A stretch of 64,000 nt of DNA from Octopus vulgaris (taxonomy: Eukaryota). A program made the translations under genes and the position numbers. Numbering within the stretch: the first letter of the stretch is position 1; every line of letters begins with the position of its first letter. The DNA lies in NCBI GenBank assembly GCA_951406725.2, contig OX597823.1, forward strand, positions 11,098,001 to 11,162,000, written 5' to 3'. The notes beneath the pieces were generated by a model, which made no database searches, had not been told where the DNA came from, and saw nothing but the letters and a program-made list of their open reading frames with translations. Positions 26,112 through 40,680 of the stretch are shown piece after piece.

Positions 26112-26370
26112 AAATCAATTTCCCAGCATGGATCTATATGAAAACAGGAAATCTATTTTTTAGTATGGATCTTTATGAAAACATGAAATCCATTTTCATG
26201 TGTGGATCTGCATAAAAACAAAAAAATTGTATTCCAGTATGGATCTATATGATAACATAAAATCCATTTTCCACTATGGATCTATATTATAACATGAAAT
26301 CGATTTTCTTTTATGGATCTGCATAAAAATTTGAACTCTGTATATCAGCATGAATCTATAGGAAAAGTTT
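26112..26370. repeat. 37-bp minisatellite, 7 units
   Basis: GGATCT at 26130, 26167, 26204, 26241, 26278 and 26315, and GAATCT at 26352 (exact 37-bp spacing). Confidence 0.92.
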
Positions 26371-29300
26371 AAATGAAGGTTTGCATATTTGATGTTTGTG
26401 GATGTTAGAATTGGCAGAACCTTGGAGTAAAAATGCCTTGTATTTAAATTATAAGCTTTTAGGATGTGAGTTGAAATCCCTACAAAATTAACTTTATCTT
26501 TTACCTCTCCAGGGTTAATAAAATAAGTACCAGTAATAAACTGAAAGTCAGACTATACTCATTTCTATAAATGTATGGTTGTGTATAATACAAAACTTAT
26601 ATTTATTTAAACAGACCTTTCTAGTTTTTGAAATAAAGTAACATTTTGCAATTAAATTTGTTTGGCAGAATCATTAGAGTAGTTGGAGACACTCTTTTCC
26701 AGTATTTAGTTATTTGTTCTTTGCATTCTGAGTTCAAACTTGTCAAAGTACCAGTTATTTACTGGAATCAATCTTATTAACTATACCTCTCCACTAAATT
26801 TAGTGTCTTGTATCTACATTTGAAATCTGAATTTATTAATATAACAGCCTACAATAGTTAGTTGGTATAAGTGATAAGATTGGAATAAATATATAACTTT
26901 ATTTTATTATTGAAAAAGATAACATTTTTTGGGGGCTGTTATCAAAGACCATGAAATCTATTTTAACTCTCATATCTATTTGATACATCTAATATTTTAG
27001 TATATTCATATAATAGTTTAATATTCATATATATTTCTATATTTTTGGTGTATATATTATAGGATATTGTATGAGTCATATACGTTTTCAATATAATTTT
27101 AGGAAAATCTTGATTCTGAGGACCTAGTTAGATTTATGCAACAGACCTTTAGTTAGATTTATCATATTCAGTCAACAACAGTGAAAGCATATATACTTAA
27201 GCACACATTTTTTATTCCTTTAAATCCTACTCTTTACCTTTTATCCTACTGAGATCAATAAAATAATACTGGGGATGATGTAATTAATTATCCAGAAAGT
27301 CAATGTTGAAACATGTCCATAGTTCACTGACTGACAACAGTAAACGAATAAAAGAATTAAGCAAATGAAAGCCCATATGTACTCATATTGAGCTTGTATT
27401 CATATGTACTTGTATTGACTTCTAACCAACCACCCACTGAACGACACCTGTTTATGTTGTACTTTAGACTCTGAAGGGATTACACTTCTTGCCTGCATTT
27501 AAAAGTATGTGTTTTATGTATGCTAAAATCTTGGTATCAACAAATAGTGCATGAGCCAGAGATAGGACCAGCATCACTAAATATGTGATGAAAATCTAAA
27601 AGTAGTTTTCACTGATGACCATTATAAATCTTTTTGTTTGTAAGTATGGGTGATAATTTTGGACATTTTGCTCTGATTTGAGATCATCACTGCAATTCAT
27701 AAAATGGCTGTACTTCAGAATTTTATATGTTATAGTAGGAAGATAAAGAGAAGGAGAGAGAGAGAGAGCTTTGTCATCCCCTCTGTCAATCTACAATAGT
27801 TTGTGTGTGTGTGTGCACGCATGCATGTATGCTTGTGTATAAGAGAGAGAAGAGAGAAAATAGTTTGAAATGGAATAGATTCCCAGGTACTATCTTCAGG
27901 ATAAATGATAGTTAATTTGGAGCATTCTCCTACTTCCACTTAGCATGACTTACCAATCAGTCTTAATGAGCTTTGAATATCTATTATTTCAATACAATTT
28001 TATTATTTAGCACAAAATATACAGCTAATTATTCATTTGTTTCTGACTGATTTCATTAAGTTGGTATCTGAATTAAAAAACCAAAAAACAAAGACATTAT
28101 TCTTTATATGGAAAATATAATACGAATGAATTTAAGGACTTGAATGTGAATGAGTCTCAATTTAATGAAACAAAATACAATTACTGAAGTAATCTTATTG
28201 CAATTTGTTAAAACATGAATAATTGGCAGTTATAACCTGAAAAAGAGATAATCCAATTTTGATAATGGAGTTACATGATTGAGAAAAAAATTCAGAAAAT
28301 AATTAAAAATGAATAGTCTTCCATTTTCTTATTGCATTTAACAAAAATGTTATTTTTCAAACAATCACAATTTCCATTCTCTTACTCATGTTTGTTGTTA
28401 ATACTGCTGTCGTTGTTGTTTAACCCCGAAAGTTAGTCTACGACAAAAGACATTCCTAAGTATTACTGTCCCATCTTTTTTTGTATAAAGAAATAGTGTA
28501 TCTAGGACTATATTATTTAATGTGCCAATGTGCCTTGTTTTCTTTTTAGACTGCATGGATATACTTAGGCTCATGTTATTGTTGTTAGTGTCATTTAAGT
28601 TGTTAGTGCCATTTAAGTAGTGCTGATATTATTGTTGGTGGTGTTCCTTGCAGGTTAGACCTAGTCAAACAGATTATGATAAAAGATATTACGACTATCA
28701 CTAACCTATATTTTCTAATCAGTGTTAAATTGTATTAAATTGGACATCGAAGTTCTTTCTCATTTAAAATGGGAGGACGTGATTTGACAATTTATTAGCT
28801 TTTTCTAACAGCTCAGACAATTTTATAAAGACTCCCCCAACTTTCCTAAGGTTGACTGAACAGATTGAGCTATTAAAATTACTTCTCTATTATAATATAC
28901 TTGCTCATTTCATTTAATCTAGCACTTCTGAGATGAGCTCATTGAAATATATATATATTTTTTTTAAATCTTAGTCATTTCTGTGCTCTGATCATAACTT
29001 TGTGCTTTATATTGCTCACAAAACTTTATCTCCCATTGCCAACACCATTCTATGCAGCTCACTTGTGAACTGTGTTTGAACCCTTTTATACCCTACTATG
29101 TCCAGTCACCAAAACAGTTTAGTGAATCATAGTTATCTCATGTGTGTTCTCCCATTTTACAGATTTCCAATGAGTCATATTCACTATTTTTTTCATTTAT
29201 TCATTCATTTTGCCTTTGCAAGTTCTTCCATCAGTTTCTGTTTGAAAGAAAAATAAGTTGAACTCTGTAACTTGTTTACAATTATATTTTTGCAAATGAA

Positions 29301-30473
29301 TATTCTCATTATCAGTAATCGAATTATCAGCAAAATTGAAGTAAGATGTATCATATTCTTCCTCGATATAAATAAATAATTTACTTTCTGATTAATTTGC
29401 ATTTATGGAAGAGTTAACAAACACATCCACTCCTCACAACAAACCCTACCCCTTCAAAAAAAAAAAAAAAGAAGGAACCTCATTCTTGTATCTTGCTTTA
29501 TTTATCAGTTTTTTAAATTCTAAGTTTTTAAAATTGTTGTCCTTGTCTTTCATTTTTCCCATGTTGATTGAATAACTACAAATGATTTTCTGGAATTAAT
29601 TCATGTTACTGTAACTATCCATATAAAAACAAACTAGCTTTGTTTCTGCTAAAATGAAGACAATGGTTAATTATTCCATGATGATGATGATGATAATGAT
29701 GGTGATGGTGATGGTGGTGATGATGATTAGATAAAAAAAAAATACTTTTATTTTAATCCCGAGCATCTATATTTAGGTATCCATAAAATAATGTTCAAAA
29801 ACCTAAATATTACTCCAATTACCCTGAAAATATTGATTTGTCTTCGAAATGCCATTATAAAATAAGTTATTCAACTTTATAATGTTTCTTTCTCTATTAT
29901 GAACCTTTGATGTTGTGAAGTCTCAGATCAACCTTGATCAAAATGTTCTATGATTAAAGATGACATAACCAAAGCCAGTGTGTCATTTTGTGTATCTTGA
30001 TAATATATTACACAATGTGTCCTTCCACTTTCAAAAAAAAGGATTGAGATGAGGCAGTTTTGACTATTATTTCTTGGAGGTTAAACAATCATGTAGTTTC
30101 CATCATTGGCTCACTAGAGCAGAATCATTTATTTACTTGTATAATCATGTTATTTCTAATGAATTAAACCAAATAAATTCTTCTTCTTCTTATTATTATT
30201 ATTATTATTAGTTTCATATTTGTTGTTGACAGTTTTTTCTAAAGAAAAATGATAGCTTCAAAATATTCTTGTATGTAGAAGTCCTGAGGAAATGATTTTG
30301 AATATTGATGATTTAATAACCATGATCTTCACAGTCAAATAACAGTTATAGAAGAACACAGAGACAAGCCTGCAAGCCATGTTCTGTTGGTGTAAACAAT
30401 GTCAACATAAATATTCTTAACACAAAACTTCACTGAGGTTTTTTATTAAATCAAAATATAAATGTCAAAAACA

Positions 30474-30806
30474 TGAGTGCAGACATGGCTGCATGGTTAA
30501 GAAGTTTAATTTACAAACACATAGTCCAGGGTTAAATCTTAATGCTTGGAACTTTGGGCAAGTGTTTTCTACCATAGCCAAGAATTGACCAATACCTCAT
30601 AAATTTATATTTAGTAGGCAAAAACTCTGTGCAATCTCATTGTTATATGTGTATGTTTCAATGTCCACTTTGCATTTGGAATGTTATGAGAATGATAAAA
30701 TAAGTACCAGACCAGAATAATATAATATAATCAACTAATACTCTTCAAGTTTGTACCCCACAATGGACAAAGTCTAGTGATTGAAACTAGTAAAACTAAA
30801 AGAACA
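30474..30806 (+). mobile_element. SINE family A, highly diverged
   Basis: CATGGCTGCATGGTTAAGAAG...TTTGGGCAAGTGTTTTCT...TGAAACTAGTAAAA. Confidence 0.65.
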
Positions 30807-31379
30807 GAAAATATTCAAGTTTTTCTCTTTAATTATTTTTAGATGAATATTTTGATAGTCTGCCATTTTACATATTTATATGCACACACACATACACACA
30901 CTCATACACGCGCATGTGCACACCCACGCACACACCCCCACAATTCTTGGTACTTTAATTATAAAAGTCTTCATGTAATTGGTGGAAAATTAAATTTCTA
31001 ATAAGTGCTCAAATTGTGTATTGATGCTAAATGAAAGTCTTCTTATTAATTAAATGTTACGATGATTCTGATATCAATAAGTAAGAACTATTGCTATTTG
31101 TTAAGACTAATACCAGAAATAATAGATTTCCTGAGATTATGGGTAGTTTCCATTGGGTAACCTAATCAATGCAAGATAAAGTAAATTTTAAATACAATAT
31201 CAAGTGTCTGTTGTTGTATAAGAAAAAATTTGTGTTCCATATTGATTACAAATTTTCTTGCCACTTATTGTTGTGCTATATACACTGTTTAATAGTAAAC
31301 ACTATTTAATAAGATAAAAATAAAATACTGTCTGGAAATTAGTGGAATTACTATGAGAAATATTGTAGTGAGAAAAAAA

Positions 31380-31745
31380 CGGCATCTATGTAGTTGCTTG
31401 ACTGCTGAAATTAGCAGCCAAATCTCCTCCTTCAAATCATGTCATTCCATCTTTAGAATGGAAATATATATTTGAATAATGTAATCTTAAATATACAATG
31501 TCTGAAAAAAAAATATGAAGGGATAGTCATGGCTGTAATGCTTTTGATGATTGGTTGGCTTGGGCTGATCTTCTATGTAAGTACTCAATCTGATAGAAAT
31601 AGTTACCAGATCTTTATCTAATAAGAGAAGAGCATTTTGGAGAATGCAATCCTAGGTGTAACCTTTAAAAGATGTAATCTTGGCTGGACTGTCTTTGATT
31701 GTAGGTCTGCTCAGTCAGGGTTGACCTGAAGCTACACAATAACAA
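31380..31745 (+). mobile_element. Two adjacent copies of an old unclassified ~200-bp interspersed repeat (family E)
   Basis: Shared motifs CTGCT-GAAAT-AGCAGCCAAATCTC...TCATGGCTG-AATGC-TTTGAT...GGTCTGCTCA-TCAGGG-TGACCT...AACAA; many other copies in the window. Confidence 0.6.
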
Positions 31746-32413
31746 GTGGATTCAAACATGTTAAAGTCAGTATATAAAATATTTTGAATCTAGAATTGCG
31801 TTATTGAGATTTAAAGTAATGTGAGGTAATGGAATTATTGAATCTGATATAGCTAAATAACTGTTATAGGTTTGCCCCTTCTAGAATAGAAATAATACAC
31901 TGTCTTAGATGGTGTAATGAAAACTGACCTGTGCAAATTTGATACAAGAAGAGGTTAGAAACATAGTGAAATGAAAGTTGATGCCAGCTACACCCATATT
32001 ATTTACATCTAGATAGCATAAAATAGAAAACCATGATGATAAAGACAATGATTATAAAATAGACTTGTAAATATATCAAAGATATTAAACTATTGTATGA
32101 TTGAGCTTGATGTTGTAAGAATTCATAATTCTGTAGTTAATATTGGTGATTTCCTCTTGGAATTATGAGCTCTATACTGTTAAGTTGGCATTGTTTATTT
32201 GATAAGCTGTTAGAGTCAAACAGATAGTATTGATTTCTGCTTTCATAATTATATTTGATATCATTTAGTAATATTCTATTGCATTGTTATAAAAGATATT
32301 GGAGGTGATAATGATAATTTGAATGAAGGTTCAGATTCAAGACTCAACAGTTACTGAAAATAAATTAATACAAACCTATACATGCGTATTATTCTTTTGT
32401 TCTAAGATTTTAA

Positions 32414-32604
32414 CCCTTTAATAGAGCGATTGTTAATAAGTGATTCATTAAAAATATGTTGAGATAGAAGTAATCAATAAGTGATTCTGACTTAAAGCAT
32501 TTTTGAAAGGTATAAAACTTCAGTTTAAACCCATTATTAATTTTACATTATATTTTTGGGACTCAAGGTAAGAGGCTCAAATATTAATTAGTGTACTTAA
32601 AGGG
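32414..32604. mobile_element. piggyBac-type MITE, family 2
   Basis: TTAA|CCCTTTAA...TTAAAGGG|TTAA; the interior differs from family 1. Confidence 0.7.
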
Positions 32605-32708
32605 TTAAAAATCCAAAAGAATGTCTATAATACAAATTTATTAGCCAATTTATGGTAACTAACTATAGCTGTCTTTTAGTAAATCATCTTTTGCAATTCT
32701 CCATTATT

Positions 32709-32915
32709 CCCTCTCTCTCTCTTTCGGAGAGGCACTGAGCAGCTATACGCACAGATACACACACGGCAGTAACTTCCACCTACTGAATTCAATCACAAAG
32801 CTCCGGTCGGCTTGGGGCTATAGTGGAAGACACCTACCCAAAGTGCCACGCAGTGGGACTGAACCTGAAACCATGTAGCTAGGAAGCAAGCTCCCTAACC
32901 ACACAGCCATGCCCG
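32709..32915 (-). mobile_element. A-short SINE, second copy
   Basis: Differs from 5381-5585 at only a handful of positions. Confidence 0.88.
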
Positions 32916-34206
32916 TCAAAATGAAGAGACACTGAAGTGACTGAAGTCATTGAGTATTAAATACTCTGCAGTTTAAGATTTAATCAGAATGACTGCTTTT
33001 TGTCATTTCTGTAGCAATGGGTAGGTTTTATGGGGGGCAGATGACAAGGCCAAATGGAAACAACTCATCACCTGATGTACCACAAAGGATGGAATTAACT
33101 TTAGAAAGAGAAGAGTTGGTTTAAACTCTCGATATTCTTAGCTCAAGTCCCAACAGAGTTGTCTTTTCTTTTCATCTTACTAGAGTTAATAAAATGATTA
33201 TCGGTGATTCACTGATGTCAATTTGAGTTTACCCATTTTCACCACAGATTTTCAGCTTTGTAATAGTGCAATAATTTTTTATTGTATCCTAATCAGTTTC
33301 TTCTCATTTTTCTTGGTTACTTTGAATTGAAAATTTAAAAAATTTTTCATCTTCCTAGTCATCTTCCTTCTCTGTTAATCATTCAATTAGATTAATAGTG
33401 TCTTAGTTCCTGCTTAATTACTCCATTCCATACCTTCTTTGACTGGCCTACTTTTCTTCACAAATCTTACACCAAGTACATCATCCATTATTACATCTCC
33501 AAATTCTTGCAATTTCTTTTCCCTTATGCATCACTTAATGCATTTGAAACTTCCTATCCCATCTCAGGACATCTGGCTCCTTTCAGATTTGTGTTAGACA
33601 TTGGAAATCCTATTCAGCTCACTCTTTATCAGCTGCTGAAGATCTTTCACTTCTCATGTTTCATATTACAATCTGCCTTTTGAGCAAATAATGCTTTTAA
33701 CATTATTAGAAACAGGAGATCAACTAAATTCTATCCATTCTCTGTTAATCTCAAAACTCATTTAATTCACCATGGCAACAAATATTATCTACTACAAGCC
33801 AAGCAAGGCAGCTCTATGTAGATGCTCAATCTGCTATAAATAGCTACCAAATTTCCCTCAAACTACTCTTTCATTTTGAAAAGAATAAGATACGTTGGAT
33901 TATATAGATAGCAAACTGACAAAGGAAAGATAGTGTAGTTATTATTGGAATGTCTGTGACGCAAAAAACAATGTCAAGTGCCTTATTTTTTGAAATGATG
34001 TAAAAGATAAAATAAGTTTTCTCAACTGGAAAAAAAAAGTACAAGAATGGTGGTTACTTTGAACAGCTAAAATCCTTAGAAGCAGTGCCCCAGCATGGTC
34101 GCAGTCCAGTGACTGAAACCAGTTAAAAAAAATTACAGAATGTGTGTGTGTGTCTGTGTGTATCTGTCTATGTATGTGTGTATATAATGTATGCATATAT
34201 GTGAGT

Positions 34207-34599
34207 GTGGAGGCGCAATGGCCCAGTGGTTAGGGCAGCGGACTCGCGGTCATAGGATCGCAGTTTCGACTCCCAGACCGGGCGTTGTGAGTGTTTATTG
34301 AGCGAAAACACCTAAAAGCTCCACGAGGCTCCGGCAAGGGATGGTGGTGATCCCTGCTGTACTCTTTCACCACAACTTTCTCTCACTCTTACTTCCTGTT
34401 TCTGTTGTACCTTTATTTCAAAGGGCCGGTCTTGTCACTCTCTGTGTCACGCTGAATATCCCTGAGAACTACGTTAAGGGTACACGTGTCTGTGGAGTGC
34501 TCAGCCACTTACACGTTAATTTCACAAGCAGGCTGTTCCGTTGATTCGGATCAACCGGAACCCTCGTCGTCGTAACCGACGGAGTGCTTCCATCCATCC
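34207..34599 (+). mobile_element. Young tRNA(Arg-like)-derived SINE with 10-bp TSD
   Basis: A-box TGGCCCAGTGG, B-box GTTTCGACTCC, CpG-rich body and (CCAT)n tail. TSD ATATGTGAGT at 34197-34206 and 34600-34609. Confidence 0.88.
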
Positions 34600-36336
34600 A
34601 TATGTGAGTCTTTGAAGAGATCTGGTTTCCCATCTTTGTTCTTTCCAGAACAAAAATTTCCAGTCACAGATCAATTCAATCAACCTCCTGAAAGTTAATA
34701 TTTAAATTCTTTCTAACCAAAGCCATTATCCTTTTCCCCTACTTTAATCATATGGTTTATCAGTTTTGATGGCCCTGAAGTTAACTTTATTGTACTACTC
34801 TTGTACTTAAAACATTTGATGGTGGTAATAATGTAGCTGTTATCTATAATAATATCTCAACTATCTTTATTTATCTATTTATATGTGTGCATATATTATT
34901 TATATATATGTGGGTGTATAAAAAAATAATATTGCTCCAACTAATCTTAATGCTCTTAGCTTTTAGTATTTTTTTTTTCTTTGGTACACCTCTCTAATTT
35001 GTTTACCTACTTGTATTGTTTGATTTATGTTGTCTTTTATGCCATCATTCTTAGTAATGTTTCCAAGCCTGTTCCTCTCTATTGCTAAATTCTAGTAACC
35101 ACACATCATTATAAATGCATAATTTGAAACATTTGCAAGATACTTAAAAATGACACAATTTTTTCATTGTAACTTGTATTTTATGTCAGTGTCAGTTTCA
35201 TATAAAATGCAAAATAGAATGGAAAATTTTATAAATATTTTATACAAATCTTGTATAAAATATTTGTATGATTTTTGTCTTTACATCTAAAATTAATAAA
35301 CTCGGAAATAATACTACTTCTCCTTTACTTTTTCATCAAGTATGAGTAATCTGTAAAGCGAATAAACATACATGCAACACTAGACTTCTATTTGTGGTTA
35401 ATATATGTCGGAAAGCTTCTCTATCATGAAGGTTTGGCCCTCTTTGACTTCCACATGAGTAATCATTAAAGCCAAGACCTTAGAAAAACACATATTTCAT
35501 ACTGATTAATAAACTGGTGAATCAAATGCATGACTTCCTATGTGATATGACGTCATTCATCTGAGATTTCTTTAGAGTCCAGCACCTAGAAGTTTCCACA
35601 CAACTGGGCACGTTGCTAGACAAAAGGAGACTATATTAGATATTGATTGTTAAATCATGTGATTTCCTACACAAAATCTGTCTGAAATGGAACATACAAA
35701 TGGAAAATAAACTAGGAGTTCAATTCTATTCACTATATTTCTTTGTGTATTTAGCTACAAATACACATTTGTTACATTATTTGTTATAATTAATTTAGTC
35801 ATATATTTTAAATTTAGACTAACAGAAGCAGTATGAATTCTGTGTGTGTGAGAGGGAGAAAGAGAGAATGTGTGTATATAAATTTGTGAAAACAATGAAC
35901 AGTTTTTCTATTATACATACTGTGTTAATTGCATTTAACTTTAATCTTTTTAGCTTCACACTTTCTTATAATCCTTCAAACTGGAATAATAATTATTTTG
36001 AGGTCTATCAATATTTCTTGACCTTCTCAGTCTCATTTCTGGATGACATGCTTGTTAGCGGCAGGTTTTTATTGCTGTGGTCTTGTAGTGGGTTGTAAGG
36101 ATGTGATATGAAATGTTTAACCTTTAATTCCAAGTTACATTAATATATCATGTTCTTAGTTTATTACTTGGGTTTTGTATCTGTATGTTGAAATTCAGTT
36201 TCTATTTTACTACTAGCAAAGTTATGAGTGTTAGTCTTTATAAGTAAAAAATTAAAATCTCTCTCTCTCTCTCTCTCTGTATGTGTGTAGAGTAGATTAA
36301 TCTCCTTTAGACCTTTAATTAATGTAATTGTGTGTA

Positions 36337-36743
36337 TACTCATTTACTCTTTTACTTGTTTCAGTCATTTGACTGCTGCCATGCTGGAGCACCGCCTTTA
36401 GTCGAGCAAAACGACCCCGGGACTTATTCTTTGTAAGCCCAGTACTTATTCTATCGGTCTCCTTTGCCGAACCGCTAAGTGACGGGGACGCAAACACACC
36501 AGCATCGGTTGTCAAGCAATGCTAGGGGGACAAACACAGACACACAAACACATACACACACATACATATATATATATATACATATATACGACAGGCTTCT
36601 TTCAGTTTCCGTCTACCAAATCCACTCACAAGGCTTTGGTCGGCCCGGGACTACAGCAGAAGACACTTGCCCAAGATGCCACGCAGTGGGACTGAACCCA
36701 GAACCATGTGGTTGGTTAGCAAGCTACTTACCACACAGCCACT
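36337..36743 (-). mobile_element. SINE family A, near full length
   Basis: Reverse complement of the 7326-7760 sequence. Confidence 0.9.
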
Positions 36744-37870
36744 ACACAGATGTGTATATTCTTCCATCCATCCATCCATCCATACATACATACATACATA
36801 CATACATACAACCATACATACATGTATACAAACATACATGCATGCATGGTGATTGCTTCATCTTGCCAGAGGATAGCCATCTCACATTAAACTAATAAAT
36901 GAAATGATGTAAGTGAAACATCTGTAGATTGTTAGATTTAAGTGACAAAAAAATGTACAACTTTCTTTGGTCACCATAGTAGGTTTCGGTTACATGCATT
37001 GCAAAATAATTAGACTGCAAATTTTATGTCTAAGTATCTTTCTTGAAGAAGAGCAGCCTTCACCATGGCTTTTTCAAAAATGACAAAAACCTGCTCTACT
37101 CTTAGGAAATCTATTTAAAACATAGGCAGGACCCCAATACAGGTGTGTACTGGATATGACATTAAACTGCATCTGGTGATGAGTTTCCAGTTCTGGAGTT
37201 GTGGAATCACCCCTTAATTATCATCACTCCCAAGCCCATTATTCATGCATACATGCATGCATGCATGCATGCATGCATACATACATACATACATACATAC
37301 ATACATGCATGCATGTGTACATGTAGTTTCAATTTCTTGTAATTTTGAAAATGTCATATTCCTTTGTTAAATATATAAATGGTGTTTTGCTTATACAGTT
37401 TGAATGAATTCTATAGAAAATGGAATAAAAATAGCAGATATTTTTGCTATGGTTAAATGTAAAGATAATATATTTCTTCCTCATCTTCAAAATATTTTAG
37501 ATATTTATGTATATGTCTGTCTGTATGTCTGAGTACTTTCTTTATACACATAAATTACTTTTCAAAGCATTTTCAAATTAAGGTATGTAGTTAGTTCGAA
37601 TTTTCTACATATGTCTAATTATTAAATGTGTGCATGTGATTGTGTGTCCTAAGATACTGCACCTGTTTCTGCTATTATTAAATTTTACTAATTACGTTTT
37701 TGGAACTAATATCATAAAATGGATTAAAAATTAATTTACAAATCTTCACCAACATTCAAACTCTAAAGTGACATAAATGTTTGTGAACTTATATTTAATG
37801 AAGAATATCTTTCTAATTTGGTTCTGCTGCTGGTTTTAAATTACTGGAGATGGTAACCTAGATATTAACC

Positions 37871-37878
37871 TTATTATA

Positions 37879-37940
<62 letters not shown>
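37871..37940. repeat. (ATT)n microsatellite
   Basis: Seen directly. Confidence 0.95.
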
Positions 37941-39787
37941 CATGTTGCCATTGTTCACTGCCTTTCATCCTTTCATAGTCTATCAATTAAGTACCAGTCA
38001 CACTGTAGGGTCAGTATAATCATCAAGTCCCCTCTCAAATTTTAGGCTTGCACCTGTAGTAGAAAGGATTGTTACTATTATGAAGGGGAGGAGGAAAAGG
38101 ACAATGGTGATTTAGCTGAAAAAGTAGAGTGACAAGTGATATATACCCATTTGCATTTCGATCTTGACAATATTTTTAAAATTCTGTTCTAAGCCTTTAT
38201 TTACCTGCAGTTAAATAATTAGATCTGGAAAGACAAAGACTCTATATATATATGTGTGTGTGTGTGTAAAGAGAGAGAGGGAGAGCAAAATACAAAGACT
38301 GTGAGAATTATTGTTTCAATCAATGACTAATTTCTTAATTTTTGTAACCTTCTAAAGTGGTTGGGGAACCACAATACAAAGATTTGTTTACTGTCATATT
38401 TTTCCTTAAGAAATTTAGATTCAATTTTTAATTTATTCAAATTGGAGCTATATATATTATATATTTATTGTTGAGTAAAACATATATATATAGGTATAAA
38501 CTCAACTTTAGTCTTGGCTGATGAATCTCACTTGTGGTAATGTTTATCCAAGACATTTAGATTATGTGTAAATATTTCTGTACATTCATTCTACTTAATA
38601 TCCAATTAATCTCTTTCAAATAATTAGGTACATTTCATTTACAAGTTGATTCTTGTCTTGTTATTTTTATTGAAATATTTTTAATTATTTTTTAGCTCGC
38701 TTATTGTTAGATGATATTATTTATTGAGATTTGATCTGATTCAAAATAGACAAAATGAGATTGATGTCTTACTTTGATTTATTCATAGAAAATGGAGATG
38801 ATATCAATGATGTGTTTTATAATAGGAAAGATTCTCAAGAATTTACGATGACAAAAACTGAAAATAACTTCGATATATTTGATCTTATGTGCTGCAAACA
38901 CACACACACACACACACTCAAATTCAGAAATCAATAGTTTGTGCACACTCATCCACTGACGAATGAAGTCTTATTCAATGTCTTTTGTGAATATAGTTTG
39001 CTAGTCACAAATTTTGTAGTCTGAAATTTGCATTAAATTCTTTAGTTTCTTGCAAAAGAAATATTTAAAAAAAATAATTGTAGTTATCAATTTCAAAAAC
39101 TCTGTCAATATTTTTTAAATGCAATTTCTTATTATATTTTGAAATTTGAATCCTATAGCATTTTCTTTTTTATGCTTTGTTGAAGAAAATATTTCACATT
39201 TTTATTCTATTTGTCATTATTCAAAATCTTGCTAAAGAACTCAGACTATTGTTTGTCAAATCCTATTTCTATCATTAAAAAATTGACATAACAACATTCC
39301 TTTTTAGGCACAATATCTGAATCATTATCACACTTTGCTTGCTTTTGCATGTTCTATGTAATGTATTTTTTCTGAAACATAAGTTACATGAAAATATTAG
39401 CCTTAAATGATTGATTAACTCTTCATATGACAGACAAAATAAGATGTTAATTTCACTCAATGTTTCTTGATAATTCTTCAAATGAAATAAGTTGTGGATT
39501 GTGTTCCATGATATCTATTTCACTGAAAATTATTAGGTTGTGTATGATTACATACCTTCTCTCAATATCTATTTTATTTCTATAGCTGTTCACAACATCA
39601 AGCAATGAAACATTGCTTAATATGCAAGTCATCTTAAACAAAACTTGTCAATAGAAATTAGCAAAATCAGCAAAAGTAATTATCCCATGTAGAGGCAAGA
39701 GTAGGCTTAACTTAATAAAATTCTGAAACTGCTACTCCAACCTTTTTGGGGGAAAATATGCAATTCTTACATTCAGATGTATGTGTG

Positions 39788-39827
<40 letters not shown>

Positions 39828-39831
<4 letters not shown>

Positions 39832-40027
39832 ATCCAAACAAGAAAACACAAAAAAACACAGCAACGTGAGGACGTGGAACAAATAAAGTATTATTGGACG
39901 CTCAGGAAAGAAGGGAAGAAGGAGGGTTTAACGTTTCGAGTGGAGCTCTTCGTCGGAAACATAGGAGAAGGAAAGATCCAAAGAAGGGAAGACAGAGGAA
40001 AAAAATCGCTGGCAGTACTCACAAGGT

Positions 40028-40032
<5 letters not shown>
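39828..40032 (-). mobile_element. Second copy of the ~207-bp hammerhead-bearing Penelope-like element in (TA)n
   Basis: Same termini as 17013-17219; flanked by (TA)n on both sides. Confidence 0.7.
39926..39960 (-). ncRNA. Minimal type I hammerhead ribozyme-like motif
   Basis: GUUU-CCGACGA-A-GAG CUCCA CUC-GAAA-C GU U-AAAC. Confidence 0.62.
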
Positions 40033-40085
<53 letters not shown>

Positions 40086-40399
40086 TATTAATAAAATAGT
40101 CATAGTCAGCATTAATACTTTGAGTATTTTATTCTAGGTGGCCTTACCATATTTTCTTGAACTAGTAACCAGGATCTATTTATCTATATATCTGTCTGTC
40201 AACACAAACACATACACACACTCAAACACACATATACATGGGCACAAACATGGCTATGTGTTTAGAAACTTAGCTTAGCAATCACATGGTTTTGGATTTG
40301 ATCACAGGACCCTAGAGAAGTGTCTATTAGCTTTGGGTCAACTAGTGCCTTACCAGTGAAATTTGGTAAACAGAAACTGTGGAGGCTCCTCAAATGATA

Positions 40400-40680
40400 T
40401 ACTGGTTAGAGTTAGAATGTTGAACTTATGATCAAAAGGTTGTGGGTTTGCTTCCTGGGCCAGGTGATGCATTGTATTTTTGAGTCAGGTGCTTCACTTC
40501 ACATTACTCAGCTGAAAATGATAAGTAGCTGGGTGCTTGTGCAGCCTTTTCCTCATCTTGCTGTCACATCTGTAGTGTTTTACTCGATTAAGAGTGGGAA
40601 AGTTGAGAGAGCGTCTATATTTAATCACAAATATATAAGCATATAAAACAGTTAGTGAAATCATAGTACATGTTTCCAGG
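40400..40680 (+). mobile_element. Old tRNA-headed SINE
   Basis: Degenerate tRNA-like head and body shared with 17600-17860. Confidence 0.5.

Noticed and set aside
34207-34285. Possible tRNA-Arg gene
   Set aside because: It has A and B boxes but no proper acceptor stem or terminator, and continues into a SINE body with tail and TSD.
35233-35265. 15-bp hairpin
   Set aside because: Short and almost all A/T; too weak to interpret in this composition.
39270-39740. Possible hAT dimerisation-domain remnant on the minus strand
   Set aside because: The resemblance is too weak (no CERxFS motif) without an HMM search.
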